DNA of 64,000 nt, from the IMG/VR virus record IMGVR_UViG_3300045988_119030, positions 21,411 through 85,410 of that record. The stretch is one strand, 5' to 3'. A program made the position numbers and the translations under genes. This stretch comes from a virus. Below are positions 57,281 through 64,000 of this stretch, in pieces. A model generated the notes under the pieces. The model made no database searches and was not told where the DNA came from. It saw nothing but the letters and a program-made list of their open reading frames with translations. Every line of letters starts with the position of its first letter. Position 1 is the stretch's first letter.

Positions 57281-58120
57281 TTAATTAGTAAAATAATTAT
57301 AAGCAGTGGTCGCATTCTTTTGTCTTTGATTTAAAGAACTTGATCCACAACGCTCGTAACATTTTGCAAAAGCTTTAGCAACTTCTTTTTCATCATTTAA
57401 ATTTAAAAAAGAATTAAAATTAAATCCTCTTTTATATGAAGAACCAAAAGTATTAAATTCATATCCAATAGTATTTATTAAGAATTCGCATTGTGTGTCT
57501 AAATCAGAATACCAAACACTTGAATATCCTTTACTCCATTGACAAATTCCATAATAATATTTATTAGAAGCAGTTGGTTGTAAGGATAAAGTATTACCAC
57601 CACATTCTGCCATCATATTACCCAAAATACCGGCGCAAACCGCGTCATTCCATCCTTGGTCTTTCATATAAAGCCAAATTTCTGTTGCTACTGGGTAAGT
57701 AGATGATTTATCATTCCATTGAGAATTAATTTTATCTAAACGATTCTGATAAATTTCCAAATATCCATTAGCAGTTTCATATTCTTTTTTAGCAAATTCA
57801 ATAATAGGATGATTTTCATCATACCCTAATGCTCTCGTTGCTTCGGCTAAGTCATGAGCACTATTCACAATCTCTTGATACTCTTGGATTAGAGATTTGA
57901 GCTCTTTACGGTTAACTGTATCATTAATTTCTCTATCCATAGGCTCCATATCAATAGTTTCTTCTGGTAAAAAATTATATACAGTTGATGATTCAGAAGG
58001 GATGTAAGCTTCCGAAAAAGTAGTGATTTCGCTATAATTTAAAGCAAGAGCTGATGTTTGTAAAATAAAAATTAATACAAAACAAATAATGCTTCCTGCT
58101 AAAATCTTATATCTTTTCAT
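57281..58120 (-). CDS. Secreted peptidoglycan-hydrolase-like protein (phage tail-lysozyme-like domain) with an N-terminal Sec signal peptide, 279 aa.
   Basis: Signal peptide MKRYKILAGSIICFVLIFILQTSALA. C-terminal domain AVCAGILGNMMAECGGNTLSLQ..YYYGICQW.. resembles the phage tail-tip lysozyme family. No TAG. Confidence 0.55.
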   Translation of the reverse strand: MKRYKILAGSIICFVLIFILQTSALALNYSEITTFSEAYIPSESSTVYNFLPEETIDMEPMDREINDTVNRKELKSLIQEYQEIVNSAHDLAEATRALGYDENHPIIEFAKKEYETANGYLEIYQNRLDKINSQWNDKSSTYPVATEIWLYMKDQGWNDAVCAGILGNMMAECGGNTLSLQPTASNKYYYGICQWSKGYSSVWYSDLDTQCEFLINTIGYEFNTFGSSYKRGFNFNSFLNLNDEKEVAKAFAKCYERCGSSSLNQRQKNATTAYNYFTN

Positions 58121-58173
58121 AAATGATTTCCTCCTAATAGGTTTTTTAAGTCTATTAGTCGTAGTGTCAATTA

Positions 58174-59922
58174 TTAAAAATAATAAGCAGCCCTATCTAC
58201 AATTTCGTAATCTTCTATAATAATCTAAGGACTAATATTATTATTCCATATATTTCGTTCGCATTTACCAACGATATTAATTGTCACATAACCCTATTCA
58301 GAATACAATTTCTCGTATTCCTCCTCGGACGACTTAAACTTGATTAAACTGATGCCATCTGGCATAGTTATCTTCAAGGTAGGATTTTTATCTTTTGACA
58401 TTAAAGTTAAGTTATTTGATGCAACTTTTATTCCTTCAACGGCAATAGATGCTTCTTCTACCCCTTGGCCCCAAAGTGGTTTAAGTTGAGCGATATCAAT
58501 AATATCTTTTCCAACTAAATCATTAGTGTGATAAATAAAATCAACACTATAAATTGGGGTGAAATCAAAATCTTGTAAAGCAGAATTCGCATATTCAATA
58601 AATTTATCAAAATTATCATCAATAATACCAAATCCAAAAGCGTTAGGATGTCCTTCCGCATACATAATTAGATTTGATTTTTGACAAAATTCTCTAAAGT
58701 CTTTAAGTGCGGATTTGTCGTATCCTCTGCCGGAGCCTTCCCAACAAATTTGTTGAGTTTCTTCATCTATTGTTTTATTAAGAATTAAAACAGGACGTTG
58801 ATATTTACTCATTAATTGATTGGCCATTAATCCAGTCAAATTTTTGTCAGCAGCAAATCCATCTAACTTAATTCCTAAGATTTTATTACTTAAAAGATTT
58901 TGATTTGCGATTATCTATTCAATTTTTTCCAAGCTAGTGTCTCTGATTTTAGTTTGCCTATTCTTGATATTAGTACAATTACGACAAGCTTGTTCTACTC
59001 TTGTTTCTGCTTGACCTTTACATCCACGTTTTGTTGAAGGGACAAGTTCGTATCCCTTAAAATCAAGCATTGACTCGAATAGCATGAGCTTTTCTTCTTG
59101 CGTCCCAACACGAGTAGTTGCATTAACTAAAGGAGCAATATAGAAAGCTACTCCAATAGGCGTAATCTCATTATTAAAATGAAACTAATCTCTATTGATT
59201 ATGCCTCTGAAGTAAGGATTGGTGATTTGTTGTAAGCCTTTATTAATTAAATGTTTTGTTTCAAAATCACGCATATCCATCATGTCGGCCACCATTCCAA
59301 GAGCAACTAAATCCAGTATATGATCCGCGTATTGAACGTTCATAAGTTCATCAATATAACAACAAAACTTATAAACCATTCCTACACCAGATAAAGATTT
59401 AGTTGGATAATCACATAATTGATTGTTAATAATACAAGCATACTATGATATTTTATCAGCTTCATGGTGGTCTATTACCAACACGTCAATACCATTTTTA
59501 TATAAATATTCATGTTCTAAATAATCATTTGATGAAGAATCTGGAGCAATTACTAATTTAATATCTTTATCAATACTATCTGGTATAATTCCGTGTTGTT
59601 TTCCTGCATGGACACGATAAAAAATATTGTTTTGCACAAACGCAGGAAAAAGACAGTATAAGTAATTCATGAGTGCGGCCGCCGAAGTATAGCCATCACA
59701 ATCACTATCTACCTATATAAGAACTTTGTCATTTTGTGCAATATGTTTGACGAGCATTTTTGCGCCATTTTCTATTCTATCAATAGTTGCTGGTTCGATA
59801 ATGTCGTCATCAGTGGTATTAAGATAATGAGGAATATCTTGTAATTTAATTCCTCTGTTGGTTAGCACCTGTTCGACCGCTGAATACTGCGGGATGCGAG
59901 GGGCTTTTAGTTGATAGTCCAT
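58174..59922 (-). CDS. recJ: RecJ-like single-strand DNA exonuclease (DHH/DHHA1 family), about 582 aa, 6 in-frame TAG.
   Basis: RBS AAGGAGG, ATG at 59922. DHH motifs DSDCDGY and VIDHHE. DHHA1 motif GHPNAFGFGI. Standard-code ORFs 59713, 59443, 59185 and 58294 are all in one frame and are separated only by TAG. Reading continues past the TAG at 58294 to TAA 58174-58176. Confidence 0.7.
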
Positions 59923-59991
59923 AGGCTATTCAACCTCCTTTCATAATACCACCACTATTATTTAAGAATTTCTATAATTTACTTATTCATA

Positions 59992-60309
59992 TCAGTCCTC
60001 TCCTACTGGATCACCATAGTAATGATAAGCAGTATAAGGAAGGGCTCTTGTGCATGGAAAAATAATAGTGTCAATAACTGAAAGAGGGGTTTGACGAGAA
60101 ATATAAGAAATATTACACTTGTGACCTCTGGCATTTTTAGTAGAAATAACTACTTTCCAATAATCTTCATTTTCAAAAACTATAGAATAACGATTGATAG
60201 ATTTATTTTTTTCTATTGGTTTTATACCCATTGCTTTATATTGTTCTTCAATTCTTTCTAATTGTTCAGTTCCTTCAATGAAAGTATTACACCAAACAAT
60301 ACCTGTCAT
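59992..60309 (-). CDS. Hypothetical protein, 105 aa.
   Basis: Uninterrupted ORF. Start overlaps the upstream stop. Confidence 0.45.
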   Translation of the reverse strand: MTGIVWCNTFIEGTEQLERIEEQYKAMGIKPIEKNKSINRYSIVFENEDYWKVVISTKNARGHKCNISYISRQTPLSVIDTIIFPCTRALPYTAYHYYGDPVGED

Positions 60310-60596
60310 AAACCACTCTCTCCCATCTTATGTCCTAATGGACAAATATGAAAAAGAACAGGAATTTCCATTTCCGTATATCCTTTTTCTAAATCTCCAT
60401 TATACCTAATTACTTTTCGAGTTTCAATTCCGCTTGAAATACAATTACTGGTTTTATCATAATATTTATTACATTTATCACAATAAATACAGCTTCGGAG
60501 CAAACTATCTCTTTGTTTTTTTAATCCTTCAATTTGCGCACTCAATGAAATAATTGTATCATTTATAGAAATAGGAATATCATAATCATCATTCAT
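60306..60596 (-). CDS. Hypothetical Cys-rich (zinc-ribbon-like) protein, 96 aa.
   Basis: Uninterrupted ORF. CxxC..CxxxH pattern (CIYCDKC..CPLGH). Confidence 0.45.
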   Translation of the reverse strand: MNDDYDIPISINDTIISLSAQIEGLKKQRDSLLRSCIYCDKCNKYYDKTSNCISSGIETRKVIRYNGDLEKGYTEMEIPVLFHICPLGHKMGESGL

Positions 60597-61696
60597 ATAA
60601 ATATCCTTTCCTTATATAATTGTAAAAATTTTTCTTTACCATCATCAATTGGTGAATCTTTGTATTTTGTAATCATATTTTTATCAAAAATAAAAGATAT
60701 AAGTACATCATTTTTAAATTTAGTTCTAATTTTTAAAAGATTTAACTTTAAGTGTTGAAATTCTGCGTCTCCAATTTCTTGGAATTGTCTATCAAAAGCA
60801 ATTATAATTTCTTGCGCGCCACTATCTAATAATAATTGAATTTGATGCGAAGAAACATTACTTCCGCAACAAGCTACTGATATATTGTTATTCCAACCGA
60901 AATCAGTAGCATATTTCAATACTGATTTTTCACTTTCAAAAATTATTGCTTTTTTCATTATGCCAATGGCATTTTTAGACCAATTTAATCCATATAAGTT
61001 CATTCCAAGAGGATGATTATATAATTGATTATTTATTTTCATTGGTCTATATTTTCCATATAGCTCCGCTTCATCTTTGCACATAGTGCGTCCGCGCAAC
61101 CCTACAAATCTTCCACTAATATCATAATGAGGAATTGTAATTTGATCGGCTCCTGGATAAAAACCAATACGCGCTTTATTAATTACCTCTTGAGAAATTC
61201 CCTCATCAAGCCAAGGAATTATTTTAATATTATAATTTAGTCTATTTAAAATAGAATCATCATAATCTTTTAAAATAATTTTATTATTTTTTAATTCAAT
61301 CTCTTGAATACGAGAATAATTTGATAAAATTTTCCAATCATCTAAAGTTTTACCCATGTCGTCATCTTTTATCATACCCGATAAACCAAAGCGACGAGCA
61401 ACCCATAAAACTGAATCATTTAAATCAAATTCTTCATCATATTGAATTTTCATTACTTTAGAACATAATTCAAAAATATCAAAAGTTGAATCACATCCTG
61501 TATAGCATTTAAATAATCCTGTATTTTCATAAAAATAAAGTTTTCTGCTACCTTCTCCAGGAGGATTATGACAAATGGTGGAAGAGAGAATCCCGAATTC
61601 TGTATATTCAGGATCTCCGCCCCATTCAATTAATAAATCATAAATATTTTCAAGCCCAAGAGCTTGACGAATTTCTGATTTATCAAATACTATCAT
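60593..61696 (-). CDS. dnaG: DNA primase (DnaG-like: CHC2 zinc finger plus TOPRIM), 367 aa.
   Basis: Zn finger CHNPPGEGSRKLYFYENTGLFKCYTGCD. TOPRIM acidic motifs (..IIFESEKSVL.., ..IIAFDRQ..). No TAG. Confidence 0.8.
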   Translation of the reverse strand: MIVFDKSEIRQALGLENIYDLLIEWGGDPEYTEFGILSSTICHNPPGEGSRKLYFYENTGLFKCYTGCDSTFDIFELCSKVMKIQYDEEFDLNDSVLWVARRFGLSGMIKDDDMGKTLDDWKILSNYSRIQEIELKNNKIILKDYDDSILNRLNYNIKIIPWLDEGISQEVINKARIGFYPGADQITIPHYDISGRFVGLRGRTMCKDEAELYGKYRPMKINNQLYNHPLGMNLYGLNWSKNAIGIMKKAIIFESEKSVLKYATDFGWNNNISVACCGSNVSSHQIQLLLDSGAQEIIIAFDRQFQEIGDAEFQHLKLNLLKIRTKFKNDVLISFIFDKNMITKYKDSPIDDGKEKFLQLYKERIFI

Positions 61697-61865
61697 AAGT
61701 AATTACTTTAGAACAATTTCTCATAAGCCCACACTGTTCATTAACATAATGGACAAGCATTTCCTGCGGACGAAGCTTAGCAAGACTGGGAACGGCTTTA
61801 TAAGAACGAATAATCTCCTTAGCCATTCTATTGCTCATCTTGTATTCAACATTACCACTCTTCAT
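61683..61865 (-). CDS. Hypothetical small protein, 60 aa.
   Basis: Uninterrupted ORF between the helicase and primase genes, overlapping the primase start. Confidence 0.35.
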   Translation of the reverse strand: MKSGNVEYKMSNRMAKEIIRSYKAVPSLAKLRPQEMLVHYVNEQCGLMRNCSKVITYDSI

Positions 61866-61882
61866 AATTTTTCTCCTTAATT

Positions 61883-63415
61883 TTAAAAAGCTGACTCTTC
61901 TTCAAGAGTAATTTTTATATCATCAATAGGAACAAGTTCATAAGCATATGTAGTACAAAACATAGGAATAATTCTACAAGTTCCTAAATCTGCTTTACAC
62001 CATAAAATAACTCCTTTATACCTACCACGTCTATTTTTATAAACAGACATTTTAATAGTTGGAGTATCAAATAATTTTGTGTTTAGTATTTTTTCCAATG
62101 AAATTAAATCATCATCTTGGACATTTAAAAGAATTGATCCATAATCTACTTTATCGGCAATAGATTTTGCTCCACGCAAAAGATTCTGGTCAGGAGTTTT
62201 AGAATCAACATAATCGCCATTTAACTGTGTTGCTGACATAATAAAAACACCATATTGATTACAGATATCTTTTAATTTGTTAGATAGCATAAAAAGTATG
62301 TTATCTTCACGAAGTTTTACTCCACCACTACGACGAGTAATTTCTTCAAGAATTTTCATGCTTGTATGAATATAGTCATGAAATATATATTTTACATCGT
62401 GATCTCGGATGCCTTTTTTGATTTCATTCTCGACATCCTGCAATGAAAAATCAGGTAATTCACGAATATATAATGGACTATCTTTAAGAATTTTCGCGGC
62501 TTCTATTACTCGTTCTTTTTCATTTCCTTGATATTCATTATAAATAATATGTTCTTCATTTACGTTAGAAAGAAAAGCAAGCATCATTGTTTGAATTTCA
62601 TTTTTATCTTGCTCTGTAGTTATATATAATACTGGTTCTTGGATTCCGTTTTTAATCCAACTTCCAAAAGTATCATCATATATTTTATTACAAGCAATAT
62701 AACACGAATCCGCAATCATAGAACGAGTTTTACCTACGCCTGTGGCCGCGGAGCGCAAATAAAACTTTTTAAGTCTTGCACCACGAGTAACTGTATTAAT
62801 TAATGGCCCATATAGAGGACTTCCTGCTATTGGATGTTGCTCTAAATCGTCAAGCAATTCAAAAATTCCATCACCCGCTTGAACCGCAACTCCTTCAACG
62901 TCATTTACATACTCATATTTAATTTGTTCTATGCGGTCATCAATTAATTGTGCGATATGCTCTAATGAAGAATTATCAAGATTATCTTCTTGTAATTGTT
63001 TTTTTTCAGTATCTAAAATATTATCAGGATCATAAATAAAAGAAACATCAATGCCATATCTGTCATAAGCACGAAGTAGAGACATTTTTTTTAAACGACC
63101 ATAATAATAATCAAATGACAAAGGTTTCGCATTTTCAGAAACTTTCAATAACCATTCTTCGCCTTTATTAACTTTAAATGTGGCTTCATATTTAGGTCGA
63201 GAAGAAAGAAAATCACTAATATTTTCTAAAGTAATTTTCTAAGCTCCTAATTCATGAATTTTATATATTGCTCCAAAAACAATTCTATGAAATTCATCAG
63301 CAAAATCTTCATCAGTTATTGTATATCTATCAGTAAAATCCAAAAGCTAAGGAGTATTATATACACACCCTATGACTTGTGTAATCGCTGTTGGGTCTAC
63401 ATATTTACTCGGCAT
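61883..63415 (-). CDS. dnaB: Replicative DNA helicase (DnaB family), about 510 aa, 2 in-frame TAG in the N-terminal domain.
   Basis: RBS AGGAGG, ATG at 63415. N-terminal domain (..HRIVFGAIYKIHELGA[TAG]KITLENISDFL..) continues in frame into ORF 61883-63148. C-terminal RecA-like core with Walker A ATGVGKT, ..YIFHDYI.., KNRRG. Confidence 0.8.
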
Positions 63416-63425
63416 TTAAGTCCTC

Positions 63426-63968
63426 CTATTCATCTAAAAATGTAAAAACTGATCTTTTTCGAGGTTCTTTTTTAGGAATAGGAATTTTTATTTCCTTTAA
63501 TTTAGGAACGTAATCAATAACATTTTTATCTTTATTAGATTGTTGAATCATCCAAAGATTATAATAATAATTGTAAGCGTCTTTATAAATAAAAGGTATA
63601 ATACCAATTCCACCATTAGCTTTATTTTTATTATTTCCTTTAACCTCATAAAAATAAACTAAGGCTTTTAACATTCCAGAATACGTATATTGATATTCTC
63701 TGATATAATCATTCATTTGCTTGCGGACGCGAGCATTAATATATGATTCTCCCAATAAATTTTTTACATATTCTTCAAATTTTTCTTTATCTAAATCTTC
63801 TTTTGTTTTTACTTTTTCGGGCGGATTATGAACTTGTAAAGGAGTGTCTTCATTTTCAGCCTATTTAGCACATTCAGGGTGCGCATATCTTCGAGACTTT
63901 ATTTGAACATAAGGAAACTTATCTCTATCAAAAGTCTGCTGACAATAAATACATTTAACTTTATGTAT
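63426..63968 (-). CDS. Putative replication-associated protein with an N-terminal C4 zinc ribbon. Start codon uncertain. 1 TAG.
   Basis: The listed ORF 63426-63755 (TTG start) is preceded in frame by ..KVKCIYCQQTFDRDKFPYVQIKSRRYAHPECAK[TAG]AENEDTP... A strong SD GGAAAGGAG lies 8 nt upstream of an ATA codon at 63968. There is no in-frame ATG, GTG or TTG between the SD and the zinc ribbon. Confidence 0.4.
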
Positions 63969-64000
63969 ATAAATTACTCCTTTCCATTACTTTATATAAA

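Noticed and set aside
1-64000. Interpretation of the TAG interruptions as pseudogenes of a decaying prophage.
   Set aside because: The interruptions are exclusively TAG, always in frame, never accompanied by frameshifts, TAA or TGA. They occur in long, otherwise intact conserved enzymes.
1-64000. TAG read as pyrrolysine.
   Set aside because: There is no pylTSBCD-like gene or PYLIS-like context in the window. A TAG density of dozens per gene is incompatible with a rare amino acid. Gln reassignment is the documented pattern in recoded phages.

Overview
This 64-kb window looks like a contiguous piece of an AT-rich (roughly 28-30% GC) tailed-phage genome, probably from a low-GC Gram-positive host (strong AGGAGG-type RBSs throughout). 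The dominant signal is that TAG is used as a sense codon. Nearly every long gene is one continuous reading frame interrupted only by in-frame TAG and never by TAA or TGA, so the standard-code ORF track breaks real genes into fragments. One TAG in the ribonucleotide reductase nrdD precedes a motif I recall as conserved Q-[FY]-G-G, which points to Gln (genetic code 15).

Layout:
- 1-39.4 kb, + strand: late structural and tail module.
  - A putative major tail protein with no TAG codons.
  - A tail assembly chaperone-like protein.
  - A tape measure protein of about 2974 aa.
  - A 1232-aa fiber with a C-terminal S74 (intramolecular chaperone) domain.
  - Several large tail/baseplate proteins.
  - Four or more fiber-like proteins sharing an N-terminal motif, one of which is a single 2581-aa protein.
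  - A holin-like TM protein.
- 39.4-43.4 kb: an accessory and regulatory island.
  - A LytTR-family regulator with a degenerate (pseudo) receiver domain, on the - strand.
  - A repeat-containing promoter region.
  - A + strand operon encoding small proteins, a Gly/Asn-rich membrane protein, a BclA-C-terminal-like protein and an HExxH protein.
- 43.4-64 kb, - strand: early and replication module.
  - RuvC-like resolvase, dUTPase, the anaerobic RNR genes nrdD and nrdG, a guanylate-kinase-like gene, a 1337-aa PolIII-alpha family polymerase, RecD/Dda-like helicase, a secreted lysozyme-like protein, a RecJ-like exonuclease, primase and DnaB helicase.

I found no tRNA genes, CRISPR arrays, integrase or reverse transcriptase in this window.
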